Made by a program: the position numbers and the translations under genes
Part shown: one piece after another, positions 8,058 to 17,280 of the stretch
Layout: the number at the start of each line of letters is the position of its first letter
Numbering within the stretch: the first letter of the stretch is position 1
Notes under the pieces: model-generated
The model's input: the letters and a program-made list of their open reading frames with translations, nothing else
What the model was told of the DNA's origin: nothing
Databases searched by the model: none
NCBI GenBank assembly: GCA_039964455.1
Contig: JBDVXK010000010.1
Location: 33,170-97,169, forward strand
Direction of reading: 5' to 3'
Source of the DNA: Halieaceae bacterium
GTDB taxonomy: Bacteria > Pseudomonadota > Gammaproteobacteria > Pseudomonadales > Halieaceae
DNA: 64,000 bases

Positions 8058-8439
8058 ATATCTTTGAAAATAAAGGCTTTATCCGTCAAAGATGATGCCT
8101 TGATGACTCGGGCATAGCGCCAGGGGCTATTTATCTGTCGTTTTGTGTCATTGCACATTGGGGCTGAGTATCTAAAGTAGCGCCCTGAATGTGTCAAGGG
8201 CGAGGTGCGGCCTTGTGCTGTACCCCTGTTTTGACCATTCAGTGGCTGAATAGCCGCCATTGTTCCGGCGCGGGGGAGGCTGTGCTACAGTCTGCAGCCC
8301 TTTCGGCGGGGGCACCGCGTAAGCAGATAAAACGCGCCTTGCCTGAAGGCAGAATAACCCAGGTGAGTATTGCCTGAGGTCCGGTTATTGGCTGGATCGC
8401 ACAACCTGAACATCAAACTGTTATGGGGTACCAATCGCT

Positions 8440-9582
8440 ATGCGTCTTGCAATTCCCAAGGAAACTCATCCGGGTGAAAACCGGGTGCCAATTATCCCTG
8501 ATGTAGCCAAAAAGCTGGTTCGTCTGGGTGCTGAAGTGGTCATTGAGGCCGGTGTTGGTGCTGGCTCCGGCTTTACCGATGAGCAATATACCGAGGTTGG
8601 TGCGACCGTCAGCAATGACCGCAATGATTTGTTTGCAAGCGCTGACATGCTGTTACGCCTGCGTAAACCCGAGCTCGCCGAAATAGCGATGATGAAGCCC
8701 GGCTGCGTTCATATCAGCTATCTCGACCCGTTCAATGAGCATGAACTGGTCAATGCCTTGAAAGAGCGTGGCGTTACCGCCATCAGCATGGAAATGATTC
8801 CCCGGACCACGCGCAGCCAGAAGATGGACGCGCTTAGCTCCCAGGCTAACCTCGCGGGCTATGTCATGGTGATGCAGGCAGCAACACATCTGCCGCGCAT
8901 CTTTCCCATGATGATGACCCCGGCCGGTACGCTGAAACCAGCCAAGGTGTTCATCATTGGTGCCGGTGTAGCGGGCCTGCAGGCCATTGCGACCGCCAAG
9001 CGACTTGGCGCCAAGGTCACCGCATTTGATACCCGGCCTGTGGTTGCCGAGCAGGTGCAATCACTGGGTGCGACCTTCCTTGATATTGATTTGGGTGAAA
9101 CCGGCGAAACTGAGGGTGGCTATGCGAAAGAGCTGACGCCAGAACAGATTCAGTTGCAGCGCGATGCCCAGAAGGCAGTGATTGCAGAGTCCGACGTGGT
9201 GATTACCACGGCCCAGGTATTCGGCCGCAAGCCACCGGTTATCGTTAGCCGGGACATGGTTGAGGGCATGCAGCCCGGATCTGTTGTTGTCGATATGGCC
9301 GCAGAGACAGGCGGCAACGTCGAGGGGTCGGTACCGAACGAGACTGTGACAATCAACGGAGTCACGGTGGTCGGCAAGGGCAACCTGCCGAACGAGGTTA
9401 GCCGAGATGCTAGCCAAATGTACGCCGCCAACCTGTTCAATCTGGTTGAGGACAGCTGGGACGAGGAAGCAAAGAGCTTCACTATCGACTTCGAGCACGA
9501 CATTCTGCCGGGCTGCATCATTACCCACGGCGGTGAGGTCACCAATGAGACGATTAAGAATATCCTGGAGGGGGGCAACTGA
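8440..9582 (+). CDS. pntA: NAD(P) transhydrogenase subunit alpha part 1 (PntAA)
   Basis: 380-aa ORF resembling the alanine dehydrogenase/PNT dI domain, with NAD-binding motif KVFIIGAGVAGLQA. It is followed by the small membrane alpha-2 and beta subunit genes. Confidence 0.9.
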   Translation: MRLAIPKETHPGENRVPIIPDVAKKLVRLGAEVVIEAGVGAGSGFTDEQYTEVGATVSNDRNDLFASADMLLRLRKPELAEIAMMKPGCVHISYLDPFNEHELVNALKERGVTAISMEMIPRTTRSQKMDALSSQANLAGYVMVMQAATHLPRIFPMMMTPAGTLKPAKVFIIGAGVAGLQAIATAKRLGAKVTAFDTRPVVAEQVQSLGATFLDIDLGETGETEGGYAKELTPEQIQLQRDAQKAVIAESDVVITTAQVFGRKPPVIVSRDMVEGMQPGSVVVDMAAETGGNVEGSVPNETVTINGVTVVGKGNLPNEVSRDASQMYAANLFNLVEDSWDEEAKSFTIDFEHDILPGCIITHGGEVTNETIKNILEGGN

Positions 9583-9583
9583 T

Positions 9584-9865
9584 ATGGAAGCCGTATTTCT
9601 GACGTTTATCCTGATGCTCGCCATCTTTCTGGGTTTCGAGCTGATCAATAAGGTGCCTGCGACTCTGCATACACCGCTGATGTCGGGCGCAAATGCCATC
9701 TCCGGTATCACCGTGGTTGGTGCCATCGGTCTGGCCGGTACTGGCCAGCAGGACATGGCCAATTGGCTGGGCGCTGGCGCGGTAGCGCTTGCCTCCATCA
9801 ACGTGGTGGGTGGTTATATGGTTACAGACCGCATGCTGGCCATGTTCAAGAAGAAGGAGAGCTGA
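9584..9865 (+). CDS. NAD(P) transhydrogenase subunit alpha part 2 (PntAB)
   Basis: The internal ATG at 9584 of the listed 152-aa ORF gives a 93-aa hydrophobic protein, MEAVFLTFILMLAIFLGFELINKVP...GGYMVTDRMLAMFKK, typical of the split alpha membrane part. It starts 1 nt after the pntAA stop. Confidence 0.85.
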   Translation: MEAVFLTFILMLAIFLGFELINKVPATLHTPLMSGANAISGITVVGAIGLAGTGQQDMANWLGAGAVALASINVVGGYMVTDRMLAMFKKKES

Positions 9866-9867
9866 TC

Positions 9868-11229
9868 ATGGAGACGACTCAACTTCTTATTCAATTGGCG
9901 TATGTGGTTTCAGCAGCGCTGTTTATTTTCGGCCTGAAGCTGCTGGGTTCAGCCGACTCGGCACGTCGCGGCAATATGCTGTCGGCCATCGGTATGTTGT
10001 TGGCCATCGTTGCTGCGCTGCTGGATCAGGGCATTGTGGAATATCAATGGATCATGATCGGCATCCTCATAGGCGGCGTTATAGGTGCTGCTGCGGCTAG
10101 ACTGGTGCAAATGACGTCCATGCCTGAAATGGTGGCCTTGTTTAACGGCTTTGGCGGCATGGCTTCGCTGCTGGTGGGCGCTGCGGCAATTTCCACGGCT
10201 ACCGGAACTTTCACTCTGGTGACAATCGTACTGTCGATTCTGATTGGTGGCCTTACCTTTACCGGGTCGCTAATCGCCTACGGTAAACTCAGTGAGACGA
10301 TTGGCAGTGGCGCGGTATTGTTCCGTGGCCAACAGATCGTCAACAGCCTGATCGTTGCTGGCATTCTGGCCAGTGGCGTGATGTTCTGCCTGCAGCCAGA
10401 CAACCCGCAGTGGTTGTATCTGGTGATAGGCCTCTCCCTGGTATTCGGTGTGATGGCGGTTATCCCCATTGGTGGTGCCGATATGCCCGTGGTGATTTCG
10501 CTGTTGAACTCCTATTCCGGTCTTGCAGCCTGTGCCGCAGGTTTTGCCATTAACAACAATATCCTGATCGTGGCAGGCTCCCTGGTTGGCGCCGCCGGTA
10601 TTATTCTTACCCAGATCATGTGTAAGGCCATGAACCGCTCGCTCAGTAACGTGTTGTTCAGCGGCTTTGGTAGCGTCAGTGGCGGTGACGAGAAGGTTGA
10701 AGGCGAGATCAAGCCCATTTCGGTGGAAGACGCCTACTACATTCTGGAAGCCGCCAGCAACGTGGCCATCATTCCTGGCTACGGTATGGCCGTTGCCCAG
10801 GCGCAGCATGTGGTCAAGGAGCTCACCGAGATTATGGAAAAGAATGGCGCCGAGGTTAACTTCGGTATTCATCCGGTGGCAGGCCGTATGCCCGGGCACA
10901 TGAATGTTCTGTTGGCTGAAGCCGATGTCCCGTATGACCAGTTGCTGGAAATGGACGACATTAATCCTCGCATGGAAAATGTCGATGTCGCCATCGTGAT
11001 TGGTGCCAACGACGTGGTTAACCCCGCGGCGAGAGAGTCTGAGTCTTCACCGATTTACGGTATGCCGGTTATCAACGTTGACCAGGCCCGTACCGTGTTC
11101 GTTCTGAAACGCTCAATGGCCTCCGGTTTCGCCGGGATCGAGAACCCTTTGTTCTACAAGGAAAACACCCGAATGCTGTTTGGTGACGCCAAGGAGTCTA
11201 TTGGTGGACTGGTACGAGAGTTCAACTAA
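9868..11229 (+). CDS. pntB: NAD(P) transhydrogenase subunit beta (PntB)
   Basis: The start was moved to ATG 9868 (METTQLLIQLAYVV), 2 nt after the pntAB stop. It has a polytopic N-terminus and a dIII domain (IIPGYGMAVAQAQH, GANDVVNP). Confidence 0.9.
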   Translation: METTQLLIQLAYVVSAALFIFGLKLLGSADSARRGNMLSAIGMLLAIVAALLDQGIVEYQWIMIGILIGGVIGAAAARLVQMTSMPEMVALFNGFGGMASLLVGAAAISTATGTFTLVTIVLSILIGGLTFTGSLIAYGKLSETIGSGAVLFRGQQIVNSLIVAGILASGVMFCLQPDNPQWLYLVIGLSLVFGVMAVIPIGGADMPVVISLLNSYSGLAACAAGFAINNNILIVAGSLVGAAGIILTQIMCKAMNRSLSNVLFSGFGSVSGGDEKVEGEIKPISVEDAYYILEAASNVAIIPGYGMAVAQAQHVVKELTEIMEKNGAEVNFGIHPVAGRMPGHMNVLLAEADVPYDQLLEMDDINPRMENVDVAIVIGANDVVNPAARESESSPIYGMPVINVDQARTVFVLKRSMASGFAGIENPLFYKENTRMLFGDAKESIGGLVREFN

Positions 11230-11245
11230 TAGTCAGTATCCCGAT

Positions 11246-11274
11246 AACGCCGGCCCTGTGCCGGCGTTTTTTTT
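11246..11274 (+). terminator. Rho-independent terminator after pntB
   Basis: AACGCCGGC-CCTGT-GCCGGCGTT hairpin; the two T's that close the stem begin an 8-T run (11267-11274). Confidence 0.85.
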
Positions 11275-11417
11275 GGTGCATCAAAAGCGCTGTCGGGTTT
11301 AGCAATTTACCCCTGAGGCCTGCTTGTATAAGTCATGCGCAGGATCAATGCGCCGATGGCTTGGCCGGGCTAAGCTTGCGGCGTATTGTGGGAAAGTAGA
11401 ACGAACAGGAGAGCATC

Positions 11418-12383
11418 ATGGCTGCCACCCAGGCCCAGACATCGAAAAAAAAGAAGGCCACCAAAGCCAAGGCCGGCGCGCCGAAGCCCAAAGCCCCGCC
11501 TCGCAGTGAAGTTCCCATGATGGCTGCCCTGCGGGCTGAGCATCGCCACATGGCCAGCGTAATGGAGCTTATGGCGCAGCAGCTTGATGCCGTGGCGGAA
11601 GGCGACCTGGTTGATACCCATATGCTCTATGAAAGTATGGATTACATGCTCTCCTGGCCGGACAGGTATCACCATCCGCGGGAGGACCTGATCTATGGCC
11701 GTGTCGCCGATATCGACTCATCTGCTGCCGACAACGTCGACAGTTTGCAGCGCGAGCATGATGATATGGCGGCGCGCGGACGCGAGGTGCTGGCCACCAT
11801 TGAGCACTGGCGGGATGGCAAGGTTTCAGGCGCTGCAGTGGTGAAAGCCGGTCGAGACTACATCGCTCGCAGCTACAAGCACATGAATAATGAAGAGCAG
11901 CTGGTCTTCCCCCAGATCGAGTCAATCCTCACTGTGCAGGACTGGCGAGAGCTGGCTGAGGACGATAGCCTGCGCCCGGCTGCCGACCCGGTATTTGGCC
12001 CACGAATAGATCGCGACTTCCGCAACCTTGCCCGTAAAGTTCGTCGCGGAGTTAGACGGGGTGTAGAGCGGACCGCAATGGTTGAGTGGGTAGGCCTGGA
12101 AGCCTTGCTGGAGTCCTTCGAGGTTATGTCCATGGCTTATGATTCCGGTAAGGATATTACCGGAGAGCATGTACGCACAGCTCTGGATGAGTCTTTATCG
12201 ATTCTTCGTGAAAAGCCGCTGACAGCGCCCTTGCGTTGCGCGGTAAATAATACCCGTCTGACGTTCAGCTGGATGGGCGATCTGGCTGATGTGTCTAGAG
12301 ACACACTCGCCGACCTCGTTAAAGTTAACCAGGAACGGAAAGACCGGGTGCGTCTGCTTGACCGGGAGAGAGCGGCGGGCTGA
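11418..12383 (+). CDS. Hemerythrin (HHE cation-binding) domain protein with Lys/Ala/Pro-rich N-terminal tail
   Basis: GGAGA lies 6 nt upstream of the ATG. His/Glu-rich helices are present (EHRHMASVMELM, YHHPREDLIYGRV, REHDDMAARG, KHMNNEEQLVFP). The first ~30 aa are KKKKATKAKAGAPKPKAPP. Confidence 0.7.
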   Translation: MAATQAQTSKKKKATKAKAGAPKPKAPPRSEVPMMAALRAEHRHMASVMELMAQQLDAVAEGDLVDTHMLYESMDYMLSWPDRYHHPREDLIYGRVADIDSSAADNVDSLQREHDDMAARGREVLATIEHWRDGKVSGAAVVKAGRDYIARSYKHMNNEEQLVFPQIESILTVQDWRELAEDDSLRPAADPVFGPRIDRDFRNLARKVRRGVRRGVERTAMVEWVGLEALLESFEVMSMAYDSGKDITGEHVRTALDESLSILREKPLTAPLRCAVNNTRLTFSWMGDLADVSRDTLADLVKVNQERKDRVRLLDRERAAG

Positions 12384-14133
12384 GCTCCTCGCCTTCCCTG
12401 AATTGCAGGCTGGCCAGGCGAGCGTATAGCGGGTTGCTGGCTAGCAGTTCCTCGTGTGTGCCCGTGGCAACCAGTTCACCCTGATCCAATACGGCAATCC
12501 TGTCGGCATGTAAGATAGTCGAGAGACGATGGGCGATTATCACTGTCGTTCTGTTGTGCATAAGCTCCTGCAAAGCCAGCTGCACCTGGTATTCGCTCTC
12601 ACTGTCCAGAGCGCTGGTGGCTTCGTCCAGCAGAAGAATACGTGGGTCGTTAAGTATCGCCCTGGCAATGGCTATACGCTGGCGCTGGCCCCCCGACAGC
12701 CTGACGCCTTGCTCACCCAAATGACTCTGGTAGCCTTCCGGCAACTTGCTGATGAAGTCGTGGGCATGGGCCGCCCTGGCTGCGGCTTCCACCTCCTCGT
12801 CTGTCGCACCCGGTTTGCCATAGGCGATGTTGTAGCGTACATCGGCGGTGAACAGGGCAGGCTGCTGCGGTACCAATGCGGTTTGCGAGCGCAGCTGTTC
12901 AAGATTCATGCCCCGTATGTCATGACCGTCAAGGTCGATGCTGCCCTCTTGCGGGTCGTAGAAGCGCTGTAACAATTCGAATACTGTTGATTTCCCGGCA
13001 CCTGAAGGGCCTACCAGTGCCAGGCTTTTGCCTGCTTCTATAGAGAGTGAAAAATGCTGCAGTGCCTGTTGTGCTGGCCGTGCCGGGTAGGCAAAGCTGA
13101 TGTTACGAACCTCGATTCTCGGCTCTGGCGAGGGCAGGTTATTGGCCGCCGGATCTTCGATGATACTGTCTGTATCCACCAGTTCCAGCAGTCGCTCTGC
13201 GGCTCCGGCGGCTCTCTGTAGCTCGCCCCACACTTCCGAGATGGTAGCGAAACCGCTGCCCACCATAATCGCGTAGAACACGAAGGCACCCAGCTCGCCG
13301 CCCGTCATTTGGCCAGAGATTACGTCTTGCCCGCCACTCCAGAGCATTCCCGACATACCGGTGAACAGCAGTAGTATGGCTCCGCAGATCAGCAAGGCCC
13401 GCTGGCGTATGCGTCGGCGGGCAATCGCGAAGGCGCGTTCCACTTCCGCGTCAAAGGCCTTTATTTCGAAGGCCTCGCGGGTGTAGCTCTGAACCACCTT
13501 GATATGTTGGATAATTTCACCGGCGTAGCTACCTACACTGGCGATACTGTCCTGGCTTTGATTCGACAGCTTTCTTACGCGACGGCCAAAAATGAGTATA
13601 GGCAGCAGCACCAGGGGTACGCTGGCGGCAATGATCAGGCTCAATTTCAGGTTGGTGATGAACATCATGACCAGTGCGCCCACGAGGGTGAGGCTGCTGC
13701 GCAGCGCCATGCTGAAGGAGGACCCGATGATGGTTTGTAGCAAGGTGGTATCTGTGGTCAGGCGCGACATGATCTCGCCGGAGCGATTGGTTTCGAAAAA
13801 CCCCGGGTGCAGCCTGACAATGTTGGCGAAAACCGCTTTCCGAAGGTCCGCACTGACCCTCTCACCCAGCCAGGACACCAGGTAGAAGCGCAGAAATGTG
13901 CCCACCGCGATGGCAGCACTGATGGCGATGATGAGTAGTACGGCTGATGTCAGGTCGTCGCTGTTGCCACCAAAACCCCGGTCGATCAGGAACTGTACAC
14001 CCCGGCCCAGTGCGAGCGTGGCGCCAGCGGTAAACAGCAGCGCGATACCGGCGGCCAGTAACTGCGGCTTGTAGGGCCAAAGGTAGCCCATGATGGCCCG
14101 CAAAGGTGCGAAACCGCGGTTTTTGTCGGGCAT
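12325..14133 (-). CDS. ABC exporter, fused permease/ATPase (MsbA/ABCB-like)
   Basis: 602-aa ORF with six predicted N-terminal TM helices. Walker A GPSGAGKST, signature LSGGQRQR, Walker B ILLLDEATSALD. Confidence 0.85.
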   Translation of the reverse strand: MPDKNRGFAPLRAIMGYLWPYKPQLLAAGIALLFTAGATLALGRGVQFLIDRGFGGNSDDLTSAVLLIIAISAAIAVGTFLRFYLVSWLGERVSADLRKAVFANIVRLHPGFFETNRSGEIMSRLTTDTTLLQTIIGSSFSMALRSSLTLVGALVMMFITNLKLSLIIAASVPLVLLPILIFGRRVRKLSNQSQDSIASVGSYAGEIIQHIKVVQSYTREAFEIKAFDAEVERAFAIARRRIRQRALLICGAILLLFTGMSGMLWSGGQDVISGQMTGGELGAFVFYAIMVGSGFATISEVWGELQRAAGAAERLLELVDTDSIIEDPAANNLPSPEPRIEVRNISFAYPARPAQQALQHFSLSIEAGKSLALVGPSGAGKSTVFELLQRFYDPQEGSIDLDGHDIRGMNLEQLRSQTALVPQQPALFTADVRYNIAYGKPGATDEEVEAAARAAHAHDFISKLPEGYQSHLGEQGVRLSGGQRQRIAIARAILNDPRILLLDEATSALDSESEYQVQLALQELMHNRTTVIIAHRLSTILHADRIAVLDQGELVATGTHEELLASNPLYARLASLQFREGEELSPPLSPGQADAPGLSVPG

Positions 14134-15917
14134 TAGCTGGACGAGCCGGCAGGCGGATAGTCAAGCTGACCTTTGAGGTTCTGCTTCTCTGTGCTGCTGT
14201 GATCAGGGAAGGGCAGTCTGTCCTGTTCCCGCCATTCGTCCAATGTTGCTCTCATCCTGGCCAGCTCCTCATCGGAAGCTTGCTTGAATTCGCGTACCTG
14301 CAGTACCTGCCCTGGCCCGCTGAAGATGGCGCCGTTTCGGTGTACCAGTTCAACCACATGCAGGTTGAGATCTTCGGCAACTGCCAGAAACTCCTGATAG
14401 TCCCTGGTCGCAATGCCGGCATCAAGGCGCAGTACCGCTGTGGCTTGCTCAATGCTCTCGAAGCGGATGCTGACCGTGTCCTGCAGGACTTTGGGGTGAG
14501 AGTAAAACAGAGTCCGCAGTTCCGCTGTGATCACCCGCAGTTGATCGGCATTGGCCATCTGCAGTACCACATGCCGGTAGTACCGAATGCGATCGCGAGA
14601 GGACAGGTTTTCCACCTCCACCGATGAGAACACCGAGTTGGGTACCACCAGCATAGTGCGATCCAGGGTTCTGATCAGCGTGGAGCGCAGACCAATCTCC
14701 TCGACCACCCCAACGACGGTTCCAAAGCGGCACAGGTCACCCGGCTTTACCGGTCTGGCGGTATACAAGGTGATTGCGCCGATAATGTTTTCCAGCGTCT
14801 TCTGGGCAGCCAGTGCGACCGCGAGACTACCCACGCCCAGCCCGGCCAGAATGGTCGACATGTTATAGCCGGCCTGATCTGCCCAGATCAGCGCCAGTAT
14901 CGTGATAACAACAACCTTGATTATCGTTGTCAGCGGCTTGAGCAGGGCTGCATATTCCGCTTTACCGGCTATTTCCAGGCGATTGATCTGGTAATCCCGA
15001 ATGAGGGATAGCAGTCCGACGAAGAGCACGGTATAGGCAATGTAATCTACGCCGGAGGATTCCAGGTACACCCTGGCGGTCAGCGACAAGCCCAGGTAGC
15101 CCATCAACATGCGGCAGATCAGGACGAACAGGAAGAAACGTGCAGGCCAGCGAAAGAAGCGCTTGATACCTTCCGGGAAACTGTTCGGTATAAATAGCAT
15201 CAGTCGCATCAGCACGGTACTTATGAGTGCGGCGAGCGGCCAGGCGATGACGAGGAATACGATGGTGGCTACTACCTGCCAGTTATCCATGCCGAAAAAA
15301 CGGAACTGCGGTAGCAGGTTATTCAGGTAAACAGCCGCGGGGCTATACCCCAGTTCCTCCCACATCTCCGGAATACGCATCACGGTCGCATTCGACAGCT
15401 TCCAGGTTCGGCCGCCCTTACCATCCGGTACCCGTTGCAGGTAGATCGGGACTTCTCCCGTACTGATCAGTACAGTGCCGATCAACTCGCGGTAACTGAC
15501 CAGACCGTCGTCCAGATTACCCGCAGGGTCGTCGCTGATATTGGACAGGTCGGCGATATTTTGCTGCGCCCAGACATAGCCCAATGCCCTGATCAGGCTC
15601 TCTGGCGAGTACTCATCCAGCTCTTCTGGCAGGAAGCGCATGTCCAGATACTGGGCCGCTGCCTCGTAGTCAGACTGACGCATGGCCTCGCGCAGGCCCA
15701 GCATGCTGGACAGTGGGGTCTGCGGAATATCCACGCCCCTGGCCTGTGATTGTTCTTTTTCCTCAATCAGTTCTTCGGCTTTTTCCTCTGCCTCCAGAAT
15801 CTCGCGCATGGAGGCGTCTGGCTTTGCGACGTCCTGCGCCACAGCCGGAAAGGCAGTCAGCAGCAGGGCGAGCATTAGTTGTCTGGGGGTGGAAGCTTGG
15901 AAAAATTTAAAATTCAT
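14133..15917 (-). CDS. Mechanosensitive ion channel (MscS family) protein with signal peptide and large N-terminal domain
   Basis: 594-aa ORF with signal-like N-terminus MNFKFFQASTPRQLMLALLLTAFPAVAQD and MscS core PVKPGDLCRFGTVVGVVEEIGLRSTLIRTLDRTMLVVPNS. Its stop overlaps the ABC gene start (TAATG). Confidence 0.8.
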   Translation of the reverse strand: MNFKFFQASTPRQLMLALLLTAFPAVAQDVAKPDASMREILEAEEKAEELIEEKEQSQARGVDIPQTPLSSMLGLREAMRQSDYEAAAQYLDMRFLPEELDEYSPESLIRALGYVWAQQNIADLSNISDDPAGNLDDGLVSYRELIGTVLISTGEVPIYLQRVPDGKGGRTWKLSNATVMRIPEMWEELGYSPAAVYLNNLLPQFRFFGMDNWQVVATIVFLVIAWPLAALISTVLMRLMLFIPNSFPEGIKRFFRWPARFFLFVLICRMLMGYLGLSLTARVYLESSGVDYIAYTVLFVGLLSLIRDYQINRLEIAGKAEYAALLKPLTTIIKVVVITILALIWADQAGYNMSTILAGLGVGSLAVALAAQKTLENIIGAITLYTARPVKPGDLCRFGTVVGVVEEIGLRSTLIRTLDRTMLVVPNSVFSSVEVENLSSRDRIRYYRHVVLQMANADQLRVITAELRTLFYSHPKVLQDTVSIRFESIEQATAVLRLDAGIATRDYQEFLAVAEDLNLHVVELVHRNGAIFSGPGQVLQVREFKQASDEELARMRATLDEWREQDRLPFPDHSSTEKQNLKGQLDYPPAGSSS

Positions 15918-15956
15918 AGCTGAGCCGTATATCAGTGTTCAATGCATTGGCGGTGG

Positions 15957-16721
15957 TTATCCCGCGTCAGATGTCTCTTTCTGCTCGTCGGAATCCTTGG
16001 GCTGAACATACCTCCCAAAGAATACGCCAAACTCGAACAGTATCCACATGGGGATTGCCAACAGCGACTGGGAAATAATGTCCGGCGGGGTCAGAAGCAT
16101 GCCAAAGATGAAGCAGCCGACAATGATGTAGGGCCTTTTTTTACCCAGCGCCTCTGGCGTAGTGATCCCGGCCCAGATGAGCAGAACGGCGGCGATGGGA
16201 ATCTCGAAGGCCAGGCCGAAGGCAAAGAAAAGCTTCAGGACAAAGTCCAGATAGCGATTAATGTCGGTCATGATGGTCACGTCTGCTGGCCCGACGCTGG
16301 TAAAGAAGGCAAATATCAACGGGAACACAACGTAGTAGGCAAATGCAGCACCGCAGTAGAACAACAAAATGCTGGAGACCAAAAGTGGAATGGCAAAGCG
16401 CTTTTCATGGCGATACATGCCCGGCGCAATGAAACTCCATACCTGATAGAGCACATAGGGAATGGCCAGGAATATGGCCGCTACCAGCGTGAGTTTGAAC
16501 GGGGTCAGAAATGGCGAGGCCACTTCCGTTGCAATCATCGTGGCGCCCTCGGGAAGAATGGCCCGCAGGGGCTCCGAGACAAAGGCATAGATTTCGTTGG
16601 CAAAAGGGAACAGGGCGATAAATACCACGAGTATCGCCAGGATGGCGCGTAACAGTTTGTCACGCAGCTCTGTCAGGTGAGCCACCAGAGGCTGGGGCTG
16701 ATCGATCTCCGCGTCGTCCAT
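15957..16721 (-). CDS. tatC: Twin-arginine translocase subunit TatC
   Basis: 254-aa polytopic ORF with a TatC-typical N-terminus (PLVAHLTELRDKLLRA). It sits downstream of tatA and tatB. Confidence 0.95.
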   Translation of the reverse strand: MDDAEIDQPQPLVAHLTELRDKLLRAILAILVVFIALFPFANEIYAFVSEPLRAILPEGATMIATEVASPFLTPFKLTLVAAIFLAIPYVLYQVWSFIAPGMYRHEKRFAIPLLVSSILLFYCGAAFAYYVVFPLIFAFFTSVGPADVTIMTDINRYLDFVLKLFFAFGLAFEIPIAAVLLIWAGITTPEALGKKRPYIIVGCFIFGMLLTPPDIISQSLLAIPMWILFEFGVFFGRYVQPKDSDEQKETSDAG

Positions 16722-17050
16722 CAGGGTGAGGGTTCCGATGGCGGCCTGGGTGGCGCCGGGACTGTTTCTGATGTCAGCGGTTGGTCTGCTTCATCAACCG
16801 CGGATTTAAAATCACTGGTGACAGAGTCTGCTTCGCTTTTTAATTGTTCGCCGGTTTTTTTAAGCTCCTGCATCACAGCGTCATTGTGCAGTTCCTGCTC
16901 AACTTCCCGGCGTATGTCGTTGAACCCGCGCTTGATGCGTCCCAGCCACAGGCTGGCAGTTCTAATTGCCCCCGGCAGTCTCTCCGGTCCTATGACCAGT
17001 AATCCCACCACCGCAATGATGATGAGTTCGGCAAAACCTATATCGAACAC
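16721..17050 (-). CDS. tatB: Twin-arginine translocase subunit TatB
   Basis: MFDIGFAELIIIAVVGLLVIGPERLP N-terminus, located between tatA and tatC. Confidence 0.9.
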   Translation of the reverse strand: MFDIGFAELIIIAVVGLLVIGPERLPGAIRTASLWLGRIKRGFNDIRREVEQELHNDAVMQELKKTGEQLKSEADSVTSDFKSAVDEADQPLTSETVPAPPRPPSEPSP

Positions 17051-17058
17051 GGGACGCT

Positions 17059-17268
17059 TTACTTGTCCTTCTCTGGCTCTGTGCTTTCACCAGTGGGTGT
17101 GTCTGCGTCGCCTGCCTGCGTTCCTTCATCCTGAATGCTTTTGCGAAAGCCTTTCACTGCGCTGCCCAGATCGCTGCCCAGGGTGCGCAGGCGTTTGGTG
17201 CCAAACAACATGATGACAATTGCCAGAATGATCAACAGTTGCCAGATACTGATACCGCCTAATCCCAT
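17059..17268 (-). CDS. tatA: Twin-arginine translocase subunit TatA
   Basis: 69-aa [38 protein letters not shown]. Confidence 0.9.
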   Translation of the reverse strand: MGLGGISIWQLLIILAIVIMLFGTKRLRTLGSDLGSAVKGFRKSIQDEGTQAGDADTPTGESTEPEKDK

Positions 17269-17280
17269 GATACTCTCCTA

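Noticed and set aside
8189-8377. 62-aa ORF (and the 72-aa minus-strand ORF at 8042-8260) in the pntAA leader
   Set aside because: There is no SD sequence, and the Cys/Ala/Gly-rich composition is typical of random frames in GC-rich DNA. I treated the region as non-coding leader.
9061-10899. 246-aa and 209-aa minus-strand ORFs (9061-9801 and 10270-10899)
   Set aside because: They are antisense to pntAA/pntAB and pntB, which have unambiguous transhydrogenase motifs.
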